Assembly (NCBI GenBank): GCA_965238305.1
Contig: CBDEHK010000001.1
Location: 449,355 to 513,354, forward strand
DNA length: 64,000 nt
Source of the DNA: Alphaproteobacteria bacterium
Lineage (GTDB): Bacteria > Pseudomonadota > Alphaproteobacteria > GCA-2731375
Direction: 5' to 3'
Within the stretch, counting starts at the first letter, position 1. Every line of letters begins with the position of its first letter. Below, piece by piece: positions 42,010 through 51,900 of this stretch. The position numbers and the translations under genes are program-made. Below the pieces are notes generated by a model, which was given only the letters and a program-made list of their open reading frames with translations, searched no databases and was not told the DNA's origin.

Positions 42010-42618
42010 ATGAACTGGCAGCCGATACGCAGACTAGGCCTAATCATCATGCTGGGCCTGTTCGCCACGGCGTGCGAAAGTGGCCTCGGTAAAACGGTCT
42101 TCGTGGTCCTCCCCGACGATGACGGCAAGGTCGGGCAAATTACCATCGACGATGGCAAAAGCAGCCAAACCCTGAACCAAGCCTATGCCACCGCCCATGT
42201 GCAAAACGGTGACTTGAAAGCGACGACGCTAGATCGGAAACAAATCGAACAAATCTTTGCCGAAGCCCTGAAAGCGCAACCGATCTTACCGGCCCGGTTC
42301 ACAGTTCATTTCGAAAGCGACACCGACGCCTTAACGGCCGAATCCATTGCCGTCCTCGATATGGTCGTTACAGATATTGGCCGTCGATCCTCTTATTTGG
42401 TCGAAGTCGTCGGCCATACCGACCGCAAGGCGAGCGATGCCTATAATACCGCGTTATCGTTGCGCCGGGCCTCGGTGGTGCGGGAATTTCTGATCGAAAA
42501 AGGCATCGCCGGCGATACCCTTGTCGCCACTGGCCGCGGTGAATTCGATCCGGTAATACCGACCGCCGACAAGGTCGCCGAACCCCGCAACCGCCGGGTT
42601 GAAATCACCGTTCGCTAG
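42010..42618 (+). CDS. OmpA-family (peptidoglycan-binding) lipoprotein
   Basis: Lipobox-like LGLFATAC; OmpA C-like domain VEVVGHTDRKASDAYNTALSLRRASVVREFLIEKGI. Confidence 0.75.
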   Translation: MNWQPIRRLGLIIMLGLFATACESGLGKTVFVVLPDDDGKVGQITIDDGKSSQTLNQAYATAHVQNGDLKATTLDRKQIEQIFAEALKAQPILPARFTVHFESDTDALTAESIAVLDMVVTDIGRRSSYLVEVVGHTDRKASDAYNTALSLRRASVVREFLIEKGIAGDTLVATGRGEFDPVIPTADKVAEPRNRRVEITVR

Positions 42619-42648
42619 GGCGCGTTCGCAATTCACCGAGCCGGCCCA

Positions 42649-42726
42649 CGCCCCCTGCCCAACCGCCCATAGGGTACCATTGTCAAGCTTTGCTTGCGGA
42701 GCAAGACGGTGGTTGGGCAGGGGGCG
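42649..42726. terminator. Large hairpin / bidirectional terminator between convergent OmpA-like and CHASE2-PP2C genes
   Basis: A 16-nt perfect inverted repeat CGCCCCCTGCCCAACC ... GGTTGGGCAGGGGGCG with a nested small hairpin CTTGCggaGCAAG. Confidence 0.5.
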
Positions 42727-42748
42727 TAGGCCGGTGATGCTTCAAGTT

Positions 42749-44950
42749 TCATGAGCTCTCGATCGCCTGAACATTATCTTGACCGATATATTTCACTGCC
42801 AGAATGGTGATGTCGTCCGAGGGCTCGGCCCCGGCGGCAAAATCGTGCACCGCCCGGAGGATAGCTTCGACCAATTCGCGGGCTGTGGTTTTGCCGCTCA
42901 CCAAGCGTAACAGATCCTCTATTCGCTCTAGCGTGAACATGGCCCGTTTGTCATTCATCGCTTCACTAACACCATCGCTGGACGAGACCAGGAAATCGCC
43001 GCTTTGCAAAGCGATTTCGGACGCCGTATAGGTAAAATCTTCCAAAATCCCTAGGGGCGGACCACCGGCCGTATGCAGCGCTTGCGCGGGGCTCCCCGGA
43101 CGCGCCAGGTAAGGGGTATCGTGACCGGCATTGCAGCACTCGACGAGCCCGGTGCGCAAGTCCAGAATACCCGCCAAGACGGTGACAAACATGGCTTGCG
43201 GGTTCTCTCGATAAATTTCCTTGTTCACTTCCGTCATGATCCGGGCAATGTCGCGGCGCCGGCGCAGCGCCCCACTTTTATAAAGCGCTTTCGACAGTGC
43301 CATGAACAAAGACGCCGGCACCCCCTTACCGGAGACGTCGCCAACCATGAAAAACAGATGGTCTTCATCCAGCAAGGCAAAATCGTAAAGATCGCCGCCA
43401 ACGGACCGGGCCGGCTCGATCAGCGCATGCAGATCAAAATCTTGCCGCGCCGGGAAAGCCGGAAAATCGCGCGGCAAAATTCCCATCTGAATTCGCCGCG
43501 CCGCCTCCAGTTCGCCTTGGATGCGGGCCGCGGCGGCGCGCTCGATACCCAGGTCATAATCGAGTTGCCGGCGCTGCCGGTCCGCCGCCGCCCACGTCGA
43601 CGCCGACATCACAATCAACAAAGCAACGCTGGTTCCGATCGCCAGACTGCTGTCAATCAGCCACAATTTCAGATCGTAGGCATACCAAGTCACCGCTGCC
43701 AGGATCAGAACAACGGCGACGGCCGGCATCGGGCTCCAAACCGGGCGGAACATCGGGATCAGCACAACCATGGCAAGGCCGGCCAAGGCGATCATCGCCA
43801 ACTCCATCCAGTGGGCGAAGCCTGGGCGTGTCAGGGCGTGACCGGGGGCCAGCATTTCCAATACCTGCGCATGAATTTCGACACCGGCCATTTGTGGCTC
43901 CAGCGGCGTTGCCCGTAAATCCAACAAGCCAGCGCTGCTGGTCCCTAAAAGGACAATACGGTTGGCAAACGTCGCCGAACTTAGACCACCGGCCAGTACT
44001 TCCTTGGCGGAAACATACCGGGCCGGCTGGTGGGCGGTGTAGTGGAGCCAGATCTGCCCGTCCGGCGCGGTCGGATAAAAGAAATCGGCGATCGAAATGC
44101 CCCGCACGCCGGCCTTGTCGCTATGCACTACAAAATATTTTTCGCCAAATGCAACCCGCAGAACTTCCAAGGTCAGAGACGGATAAATTTTCCCTGCCAC
44201 ACCGGCCAATAACGGCACCCGACGGACAATGCCGTCGACGTCGGAAGTCGAATTCAACACCCCTTCGCCGCGCGCTCGACGGCTTATCGCCGGCACGTTG
44301 CGTAAGAAGCTTTGGTAATGTGGGATAACCGCCGCAGGATCGTCGCCGCGTACAAAATAGACGGTTTCTGGCGCGTCCGTTTGGCCGCCGGCGACCGCCG
44401 CGCCAATTGCCACTACACCGACGACGACGGGATGGCCGCGAAAACTTTCTCCAAAGCGGATATCGTTGGATGGCATGTTGGCAAGTTCACGCGCCGCCGC
44501 CGCCGGTAGATCGGGAATTTCGGCTGCCAGATTATCCGGCGATAGTCGATCCGGTTCGCTAAACAGGAAGTCGAGCCCGATCGCCAATGGGCCCGGCGCG
44601 GCGATTTTGTCGATCAGCGCCGCCAGGCGATGACGCGGCCAGGGCCATTGGCCATGGGCCGCCAGGCTGGCTTCGTCAATATCGACAATGACCACCGGTG
44701 CATGCTTCCATTCTCTCGGTTTGATCGATTGCAGCACGTCAAATTGCTTGAGGCGGAGCCACTCCAGCTCGCTTGGATCACTCCACCGCACGGCCAAAAA
44801 TGCGATCAGAAACAACAGCGCAATTGGTGCCCCCTGCCAGCGTCCCAGACCCGCCAGCCCCAAACGTTCGAATGAGCCGGCGATCAGGCCGCTGGTCGGG
44901 CGATCTTGGGGTTCGGGTTTAACACTATGGTCCTGCGCCACGATTACCAC
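42749..44950 (-). CDS. CHASE2-domain membrane sensor fused to PP2C-type (SpoIIE/RsbU) serine phosphatase
   Basis: 733 aa; periplasmic CHASE2-like region followed by TM helices, and a C-terminal PP2C domain (GDVSGKGVPASLFMALSKAL...SSSDGVSEA...DDITILAVKY). Confidence 0.7.
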   Translation of the reverse strand: MVIVAQDHSVKPEPQDRPTSGLIAGSFERLGLAGLGRWQGAPIALLFLIAFLAVRWSDPSELEWLRLKQFDVLQSIKPREWKHAPVVIVDIDEASLAAHGQWPWPRHRLAALIDKIAAPGPLAIGLDFLFSEPDRLSPDNLAAEIPDLPAAAARELANMPSNDIRFGESFRGHPVVVGVVAIGAAVAGGQTDAPETVYFVRGDDPAAVIPHYQSFLRNVPAISRRARGEGVLNSTSDVDGIVRRVPLLAGVAGKIYPSLTLEVLRVAFGEKYFVVHSDKAGVRGISIADFFYPTAPDGQIWLHYTAHQPARYVSAKEVLAGGLSSATFANRIVLLGTSSAGLLDLRATPLEPQMAGVEIHAQVLEMLAPGHALTRPGFAHWMELAMIALAGLAMVVLIPMFRPVWSPMPAVAVVLILAAVTWYAYDLKLWLIDSSLAIGTSVALLIVMSASTWAAADRQRRQLDYDLGIERAAAARIQGELEAARRIQMGILPRDFPAFPARQDFDLHALIEPARSVGGDLYDFALLDEDHLFFMVGDVSGKGVPASLFMALSKALYKSGALRRRRDIARIMTEVNKEIYRENPQAMFVTVLAGILDLRTGLVECCNAGHDTPYLARPGSPAQALHTAGGPPLGILEDFTYTASEIALQSGDFLVSSSDGVSEAMNDKRAMFTLERIEDLLRLVSGKTTARELVEAILRAVHDFAAGAEPSDDITILAVKYIGQDNVQAIESS

Positions 44951-44956
44951 CCGCGC

Positions 44957-45916
44957 CTAAAGAGCAATATCCAAGCCGTCAAACGCCATCGTCACTTGCA
45001 GCTCACTTTCCGGCGCTGTTATTTGCAGATACCGCTTGGTCTCCTGCAGAATTTCGAACAATGCGGCGTCGCCGTTGCTGGGTTCATGATGGAATAGGCA
45101 AAGATTTTTCACTTGTGCCCGCTGCGCCAGTTCAACGGCAATAATGTTATTGGAATGCCCCCAGTCGGCTCGCACTGTGGCGGCGTCGGCTAAGGAATAC
45201 ATGGCGTCGAATATCAACAAATCGGCGGCGCGGATAAATTCTACAATTTCATCCAGTTCGGGCAGATCCTCCAGCCGATATTCCCCATCCGTGGAATAAA
45301 CCACGGATTTACCCCCATGTTCAAAGCGGTAGGCGTAAGAATCGCTATCGTGATGTTGTTTGATCGCCTTGACTTTCAGGCCGGCGATGTCATGGACCTG
45401 GTTCGCCGGCAGAGTGACGAAAGAGATTTCCGCCGCCAATTCGGAAAAATCGACAGGAAAATATGGCCGGCTTTGTTGGCATCTGAATATCTCTTCCAGC
45501 TGGTCATGGCATCCATAGATGATGATTTTGTTACCGGGAACATAAATCGGCGTGAAGAATGGGAAGCCCATAATATGATCCCAATGGCCGTGCGACATAA
45601 AGACGTGGAAAACCGATTTTCGGCCTGGCCAACGACCGCTCAACACCGCATTGCCGAATTCCCGCACGCCGCTGCCCATGTCGCAGATGATATATTCGTC
45701 CCCAACATCATCCAACTGCACGCAAGAGGTGCTGCCGCCATAGGTGCCGGCCACATCAAATGGCATCTCGTCAGCAACGAACCGAGCGATCTCGTCGTCA
45801 TTGGAAAAGGAACGCCCTTGGGCGGCGGCCACAGCAGAAATCAGATTTTGGTTAACTTGCTGGCTTGTGAGGGCAACCGGTAGCGACCCTCTTGTTCCCC
45901 AGAACCGCGCAAGCAT
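44957..45916 (-). CDS. MBL-fold metallo-hydrolase
   Basis: HxHxDH motif VFMSHGHWDHIMGFPFF. Confidence 0.7.
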   Translation of the reverse strand: MLARFWGTRGSLPVALTSQQVNQNLISAVAAAQGRSFSNDDEIARFVADEMPFDVAGTYGGSTSCVQLDDVGDEYIICDMGSGVREFGNAVLSGRWPGRKSVFHVFMSHGHWDHIMGFPFFTPIYVPGNKIIIYGCHDQLEEIFRCQQSRPYFPVDFSELAAEISFVTLPANQVHDIAGLKVKAIKQHHDSDSYAYRFEHGGKSVVYSTDGEYRLEDLPELDEIVEFIRAADLLIFDAMYSLADAATVRADWGHSNNIIAVELAQRAQVKNLCLFHHEPSNGDAALFEILQETKRYLQITAPESELQVTMAFDGLDIAL

Positions 45917-45967
45917 TTCATTCGCCCTCTTGACACTTGTGCCGTAAAATCGGTTTAGCTCAGCACG

Positions 45968-46360
45968 CTAGTTGTTGGCGTCATAACTTTCCACCGAATC
46001 TGGTGAAATTGACATGATGGCTTGCCGCACATCTTCAAACACATCGATAATTAGATTGAAACGGCTAATTTCAAAAATTTCACTTACTACCGGCGACAAA
46101 TTGGTGAGCGCCAATTGACCATTGCCGGCGCGGCATTGCTTCGCGACAATCATCAAAGCCCGCAGGCCGACGCTACTGACATAGTCGACGCCACTCATTT
46201 CGAGGATAACACGAGGCCGGTCCAGGGATTCTTGCGTGATCAGCAGCAAAAGCTGCTTTTGGAAAATCTGGCTTGTATCTTGGTCTAGGCGGCCGCTAGG
46301 ATTCAATACAAGAACATCCGCATAACGGATTTCCGCAAACTGAACACCACTATCGCCCAT
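45968..46360 (-). CDS. STAS-domain anti-sigma-factor antagonist (SpoIIAA/RsbV-like)
   Basis: About 130 aa; VILEMSGVDYVSSVGLRALM with the conserved phosphorylatable Ser context. Confidence 0.7.
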   Translation of the reverse strand: MGDSGVQFAEIRYADVLVLNPSGRLDQDTSQIFQKQLLLLITQESLDRPRVILEMSGVDYVSSVGLRALMIVAKQCRAGNGQLALTNLSPVVSEIFEISRFNLIIDVFEDVRQAIMSISPDSVESYDANN

Positions 46361-46445
46361 TTAGATATCCTTCGCCAATTCCCAAGCTTTCCTTCACCAG
46401 GCATTACGTCATGACAGACGAAACTGCAAGGCCTCGATTTTCATC

Positions 46446-47867
46446 CTAATTGGTCTTCGTACCGACTGTCGATGTTTCTGTTGTAGATTGTTCGCTTAGA
46501 GCTGGCGGTCCTTCCAGCGAAGTGGCGCTTTCGGCCTGCGCGGTCATTGGCGCCTGGTCCACCGCAGGGCGCTCCGGAACAACGGTTTCGGTCCCTTGCG
46601 GCCAGGAAATACTCGCAAAATCACCGCATTCGGGACATTCAGGTGACCATTTGGCCGACTGTGCCTGGCAACTATCACAGGTCCATGTATCGGCGCCCGG
46701 CGCATCATTTGCGCGCCGCAGCCATTCCCGCGCCGCTTCCATATCGCGGCCCTGCGCTTCACTAAGTTCGGCCATGAAAGCACAGACGGTCTTGTTTGCC
46801 CTTGCCCCCAGCAGCGGTGCCACCAGATCGCGCGCCTGGGCGAAATTCCCGGCTGCTTTCGCGGCTTCCGCCAATAACATGATACTTTCCCGGTGTTCGG
46901 CGTTTTTAGCTGTCAGTGTTCGCAAGCGCCGCAGCCTTGTTTCAGGCGTCTCGCCCGGTTGCAGCACCATCGCCAAGGCGGCAAGATCTGGATGCGGGCA
47001 TTGCGACCAGGCCGCCAGCAGAACCCGGTCCGCCTTGCGATAGCTTGTCTGTTGATACAATAATCGGACCGCCTCAACCGCTGCCGGCAGGGGCGAGATC
47101 GCCGCCGCTTTTTGCGTCAATGACAAAGCTAACGGTAGCGCGTGATTGGCCTCCGCTTCGCGGGCCTGGGCCAGGAACAAGGCGACCCGTTGGCGGCGCA
47201 ACTCATCACCGTCGATGGTGTGGCGTTTTTCCGCTTGTTTCAAATGCCGAATGGCATTGTCCCATTCCCCCTGGTCCGCTTCCAGCAGGATTAATTCGCG
47301 GCCCACCCACGGGGCTTTAGGCTTCAGTTGATAGGCCCGCCGCGCCAAAACCAGGGCTTCGACGTCGTCGCCTTCGCGCCGGGCGTAGGCCAACAAACCG
47401 CGAAGGCCAAGAAATTCGGTATCGGGGCGCTCCCGCATGGCTTGAAAATGCGTTTTTGCCTTTTTATCGTCGCCGTCCAATTGCGCCGCCTGGGCAGACA
47501 ACAAAAGGCTCAACGGATTGTCTTCCAGCATGTGATCGGCCCGCTGGGCTTGTTTCAGCGCCAACGGCACGTCGCCTGCGGCCACCGCCACCAAACCATC
47601 GCTGAGGGCCGAATAACCGCGCTGGCGACGTCGCTCCAACGCCGCCTGGCGATAAGATGCCGGCCCGCGCAACAGCCAATGCAGCAGGCGATATAGCGCC
47701 AACAACAAAAAAATCGCCAGCAAGATCGCAACCAAGGTCATCCCTAAAGAGGCTTCGATCAACCAGCCTTGCCATTCAATGGTCATCAACCCTGGATGGT
47801 CGGCATACCAGGCGGCGACGCCGGCAATCAATGCCATGGCCAGGAACAGCAGGGCAAACTTCAGCAT
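46446..47867 (-). CDS. hemY: HemY-like TPR membrane protein (haem biosynthesis-associated), with C-terminal zinc ribbon
   Basis: Two N-terminal TM helices, a TPR-rich body, C-terminal CDSCQAQSAKWSPECPECGDF; encoded after hemC-hemD-hemX-like genes. Confidence 0.7.
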   Translation of the reverse strand: MLKFALLFLAMALIAGVAAWYADHPGLMTIEWQGWLIEASLGMTLVAILLAIFLLLALYRLLHWLLRGPASYRQAALERRRQRGYSALSDGLVAVAAGDVPLALKQAQRADHMLEDNPLSLLLSAQAAQLDGDDKKAKTHFQAMRERPDTEFLGLRGLLAYARREGDDVEALVLARRAYQLKPKAPWVGRELILLEADQGEWDNAIRHLKQAEKRHTIDGDELRRQRVALFLAQAREAEANHALPLALSLTQKAAAISPLPAAVEAVRLLYQQTSYRKADRVLLAAWSQCPHPDLAALAMVLQPGETPETRLRRLRTLTAKNAEHRESIMLLAEAAKAAGNFAQARDLVAPLLGARANKTVCAFMAELSEAQGRDMEAAREWLRRANDAPGADTWTCDSCQAQSAKWSPECPECGDFASISWPQGTETVVPERPAVDQAPMTAQAESATSLEGPPALSEQSTTETSTVGTKTN

Positions 47868-49108
47868 CAGCCGGCCCCCGCCCCGGCCAGGGCCTGCTGT
47901 TCCAGGGTGTCCATCGCCGCTTCGACCGCGATACGGGCTTTAGCGTCATCCAACCAAGGCGCCGCTTTTGCCTGCGCCGCCGCATCCAGGCTTTCAATTT
48001 CCGCCACCGCGACTGTCAGATCGCCATCGTTCAAGGCATGTTCCGCCCGCGCCAAGATCGCTTCGGCGCTGTCACCATCGATGGCGCCGGTGCGCCGTAC
48101 GGTCACCAAATTTGCCAGTTTCTGCTTGGCGGTATCCCAAAATCCAGGCGCCGCCATATCGCTGCCATGTAGGACGAGCCGGATCACCTCAGGAAACTCG
48201 CTCTGCAAGGCGTCGATATTCTTGACCCCTTCGTCAGCGTGTTCGTTGAGTGTTTTTAACGCCTCATCGACAATTGTTTGACCGCCGAAGCGCTGTCCGA
48301 TCGCGGCCAGGACATTGGCGAAGGATCGCCCCTTATCAATCGCCACCCGCAACTGCACCAAAGCGATGGCAAATGCTTCTTTTTGCACCGCGGCCACTCG
48401 ATTTGCCGCTTCCGCCGCCATCGCCTCGACTTTTTGGCTGAGATCTTTGATGTCGTCGCCAAGTGGCGCCACCGCGTCGTCGGCCATTTCACGGGCCTGT
48501 CGCGCCGCCTGCTGCAATTCGCCGGTCAGTTTAATCATATTGGTTTCCAGCGCGTTCAGCCTGGCCTGCAATCCATCGACGTCGATTTCAGCTGTCGCAG
48601 AATTCGCCTGCCCGGCCATTTGTTCGACTTGCCGGGCCACCCTGTCCAGCGCGGCCTTGGTTTCCGCCAAGCCTGATTGCAAACGGTCTTCCAGCGCCGT
48701 AAGTTCGCCGCTTTGCTCGCGGGTGGCGGTATCGCCAGCGCGGCTGGCTTCCGCCGCCCGCAACTCCCGCACTTGTTGGGCCAAGCCATCAAGATTTTTC
48801 GCTGCCACGGCCGCTGCCGTCTCCAACCGCGTCGTTCGCCTCGCCAACGCTGAAAGAATTTGACTATTGCCGTTTGTGGGCACCGCCACGGGTTGCAATG
48901 CCGCCGGCAGATAGGGTGTCAGCAAGGTCTGAATGAAAGGACCAACGACCAGCCCGACGATCAAAGCGATCAACGCCAAGGTCACGCCACTGGAACTTTT
49001 GCCGGTAGTTTCAGGCTCCGTCACTTCGGCATTGATAACTTCCGCCTCAACTTCGATGGCTTCATCTTGTTCTGTTTTATCCGCCATTTTGGTTTCTTTC
49101 TTATTCAC
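47867..49108 (-). CDS. HemX-like / alphaproteobacterial Mic60 (mitofilin-domain) coiled-coil membrane protein
   Basis: Acidic N-terminus, a single TM segment (VTLALIALIVGLVVGPFIQTLL), a long Ala/Gln/Glu-rich coiled-coil, and a conserved C-terminal domain; conserved hemC-hemD-X-hemY gene order. Confidence 0.6.
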   Translation of the reverse strand: MNKKETKMADKTEQDEAIEVEAEVINAEVTEPETTGKSSSGVTLALIALIVGLVVGPFIQTLLTPYLPAALQPVAVPTNGNSQILSALARRTTRLETAAAVAAKNLDGLAQQVRELRAAEASRAGDTATREQSGELTALEDRLQSGLAETKAALDRVARQVEQMAGQANSATAEIDVDGLQARLNALETNMIKLTGELQQAARQAREMADDAVAPLGDDIKDLSQKVEAMAAEAANRVAAVQKEAFAIALVQLRVAIDKGRSFANVLAAIGQRFGGQTIVDEALKTLNEHADEGVKNIDALQSEFPEVIRLVLHGSDMAAPGFWDTAKQKLANLVTVRRTGAIDGDSAEAILARAEHALNDGDLTVAVAEIESLDAAAQAKAAPWLDDAKARIAVEAAMDTLEQQALAGAGAG

Positions 49109-49119
49109 ACTCGTTCCAG

Positions 49120-49827
49120 TTACGCTTGCCCGATTTGCGCTAATATGGCCGTTTGACTAGGTTCCGCCGCAATACAGACGCGGGCCCAATTTAACCGGCT
49201 TGTTGCCTGCGCCACGGCATCGGACAGGCAGAAAACCGTTACATTCGAGACCTTATCCTGCAGCTGTTCGCGCAATACTAACCTAACAAAAGTCTTCGCC
49301 GTGCGGGGAGAGAAAATAACCACAGCGTCGATATTTCCATTCGAGATGGCGGTTCTAGTGGTCAAACTCAAGCTTTCGCTGGCCCGTGCCTCATAAAGCA
49401 CCTGCCGGCGAAGAACATAACCCAACGCACTTAATTGGCCGGCTAGATCGCCTGCTACTTTGGTGCCGGCAATATGCAGCAGTATTTTGTCGTCAACCGG
49501 TTGTTTCGATGTGATCAATCGCACCAAATCGTCAACGTCGCCATGGGCGCTATCGATATTTTCGAAACCGAGCTCTTGAGCTGCCCGCGCCGTCGCCTCG
49601 CCAACAGCCAGAACGGGGATTGATCGGACCTCACAATTTTGCGTAAAAGCGCGGATGCCGTTGGCACTGGTTACGATCAAGGCGGCCACGTCTAGCAAAT
49701 CGATCGCTTGATTTTGATAAATTTCGATCGTCAGCAGGGGTTCGATCAAGCTGTCATGACCGAAATCTTGCAAAATTTCCGCGAGTGCTTCTGCATCCGC
49801 TCGTGGTCGGGTCAGCAAGAGCCGCAT
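49120..49827 (-). CDS. hemD: Uroporphyrinogen-III synthase
   Basis: MRLLLTRPRADAEALAEILQDFGHDSLIEPLLTIE; about 235 aa HemD fold. Confidence 0.8.
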   Translation of the reverse strand: MRLLLTRPRADAEALAEILQDFGHDSLIEPLLTIEIYQNQAIDLLDVAALIVTSANGIRAFTQNCEVRSIPVLAVGEATARAAQELGFENIDSAHGDVDDLVRLITSKQPVDDKILLHIAGTKVAGDLAGQLSALGYVLRRQVLYEARASESLSLTTRTAISNGNIDAVVIFSPRTAKTFVRLVLREQLQDKVSNVTVFCLSDAVAQATSRLNWARVCIAAEPSQTAILAQIGQA

Positions 49828-49833
49828 AACCGA

Positions 49834-50763
49834 TCAATCCGTAAAAAACTCAGGGCCGCCCTTGGCCTTGAGTTCCTGGCCGGCATCGTCACCCAAAGCT
49901 TGCGCCTGGCTTTCTGGGCCTTGCCGTCGGGCGGTATGACAGACTTTACCATCCGGCGTAAGGATTTCGCCATGCAGTATAATATCGCCCGCCTGCAATT
50001 CCGCCAGAGCTGCAATCGGGGTTCGGCAGGAGCCGTCCAGAGCGGCCAAAAAAGCCCGCTCCGCGGTGATCCGGGTCCAAGTCGGGGCATGGTTCAACGG
50101 CGCGATCAGTTCGCTGATGCGCGGATCGTCCTGGCGGCTTTCCAGGCCGATTGCGCCTTGTGCTACTGCCGGCAACATGATCTCCGGCGCCATCGCTTCG
50201 GTGATACGCTCCGCCTGCCCCAAGCGATTGAGGCCGGCGCAGGCCAGAAAAGTTGCGTCCGCCAGGCCTTCTTGCAATTTTCTGAGCCGGGTTTCGACAT
50301 TGCCGCGAAACTCTACAATTTTCAGATCCGGTCGCATATGTCGGACCTGCGCGGCCCGGCGCAGCGAGGAAGAGCCGACGACCGCCCCTTCGGGCAGCGT
50401 TTCAAACGACGCCGAAGTGAGCGATATAAAGGCGTCGCGGGCATCTTCGCGTTCCAACACACAGTTCAAGCCCAACCCGGCCGGCAATTCGGTCGGCAAA
50501 TCCTTTGACGAATGAACGCCAATATCGACCTCTCCGGCCAACATGGCGTCTTCAATTTCCTTGGTAAAGAGGCCTTTGCCGCCAAAATCACGCAGGGACT
50601 TATCTTGGATACGGTCGCCACTGGTGCGGAAGATGCAGATCGCTATATCGCCGCCGCTCAAATGCGCGTGGGCGGACAGCAGAAGCGATTTTACCTCCTC
50701 CGCCTGAGCCAAAGCCAAAGGACTGCCACGGGTGCCGATTGTAATTCTCTGTTGCCGGGTCAT
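49834..50763 (-). CDS. hemC: Hydroxymethylbilane synthase (porphobilinogen deaminase)
   Basis: MTRQQRITIGTRGSPLALAQAEE...; dipyrromethane cofactor region (Cys near the C-terminus); start chosen at MTRQQ (the ORF extends to 51003). Confidence 0.85.
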   Translation of the reverse strand: MTRQQRITIGTRGSPLALAQAEEVKSLLLSAHAHLSGGDIAICIFRTSGDRIQDKSLRDFGGKGLFTKEIEDAMLAGEVDIGVHSSKDLPTELPAGLGLNCVLEREDARDAFISLTSASFETLPEGAVVGSSSLRRAAQVRHMRPDLKIVEFRGNVETRLRKLQEGLADATFLACAGLNRLGQAERITEAMAPEIMLPAVAQGAIGLESRQDDPRISELIAPLNHAPTWTRITAERAFLAALDGSCRTPIAALAELQAGDIILHGEILTPDGKVCHTARRQGPESQAQALGDDAGQELKAKGGPEFFTD

Positions 50764-50841
50764 AAGCACAGGTGCTAAGGCCTGAATTGGGAAAGCGCAA
50801 GCGCTAAATCGTCGCATCGGACGATAGATGGAAGGAAGAAT

Positions 50842-51885
50842 ATGCGGGTCCTGGGCATTGAAACCAGCTGCGATGAAACCGCTGCCGCGATTGTTACCAG
50901 CGAGCGTGAAATCCTTGCCAATGTGGTATTGAGCCAGATCGACGAGCACCGCCCCTATGGCGGCGTGGTGCCGGAAATTGCCGCCCGTGCCCATGTCGAA
51001 CATCTGGACCGGCTCATTGCGCAGGCCATGACCGAAGCTGATATGGATTTCGATGATCTGGACGCCGTCGCCGCCACTGCCGGGCCCGGTTTAATCGGTG
51101 GCGTCATGGTCGGCCTGGTTACCGCAAAAGCGATTGCCGCGGCCACCGGCAAGCCGCTGATTGCCGTCAATCATCTTGAAGGGCATGCCTTGACCGCGCG
51201 ATTGACCGACAAGGTACCGTTTCCCTATCTCCTGCTGCTGGTTTCGGGCGGCCATTGCCAGATATTAGTGGTTGAAGGGGTCGGACAATATCGCCGCCTT
51301 GGCACCACCATCGATGACGCCATTGGCGAAGCGTTCGACAAGACCGCCAAAATGCTCGACCTCGGCTATCCGGGCGGACCGGCGGTGGAAGCGACCGCGT
51401 TGAACGGCGATCCCAAAGCCGTTCCGTTGCCCAGACCGATGAAAGGCCGCGAAGGTTGCGATTTTTCCTTCGCCGGCTTGAAAACCGCGGTGCTGCATGC
51501 GTTGAAAAAAGACCCTCAAATTTCCCCGGCCGATATGGCGGCAAGTTTTCAACAAGCCGTCGTCGATGTCGTGGTCGACCGTCTAGACCATGCTTTGATC
51601 TGGACAAAAGACCATTACCCTGACGTTGCCCATGTGGTGGTGGCCGGCGGTGTCGCCGCCAACAAAGCTTTGCGAAGCGGATTGGAGGATATCGTCCGGC
51701 AAGCCGAGATGGAACTGGTGGCGCCACCAATCGGGCTTTGTACCGACAATGGCGCCATGATTGCTTGGGCCGGCCTAGAACGATTACGGGCCGGACTGAC
51801 CGATGAATTGGACGCTGAAGCCCGCCCGCGCTGGCCGCTGGATCCCGATGCCGCGCCCAAACCCTTTGCCGGCGTCCGGGCATAA
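50842..51885 (+). CDS. tsaD: tRNA N6-adenosine threonylcarbamoyltransferase
   Basis: [18 protein letters not shown]...; Kae1/TsaD family. Confidence 0.9.
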   Translation: MRVLGIETSCDETAAAIVTSEREILANVVLSQIDEHRPYGGVVPEIAARAHVEHLDRLIAQAMTEADMDFDDLDAVAATAGPGLIGGVMVGLVTAKAIAAATGKPLIAVNHLEGHALTARLTDKVPFPYLLLLVSGGHCQILVVEGVGQYRRLGTTIDDAIGEAFDKTAKMLDLGYPGGPAVEATALNGDPKAVPLPRPMKGREGCDFSFAGLKTAVLHALKKDPQISPADMAASFQQAVVDVVVDRLDHALIWTKDHYPDVAHVVVAGGVAANKALRSGLEDIVRQAEMELVAPPIGLCTDNGAMIAWAGLERLRAGLTDELDAEARPRWPLDPDAAPKPFAGVRA

Positions 51886-51900
51886 GGTTAGGATAAGGCT

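Noticed and set aside
49834-51003. Long N-terminal extension of hemC (389-aa ORF)
   Set aside because: The HemC family starts at MTRQQRITIGTRGS. The upstream 80 codons are an in-frame read-through of the tsaD/hemC divergent promoter region.
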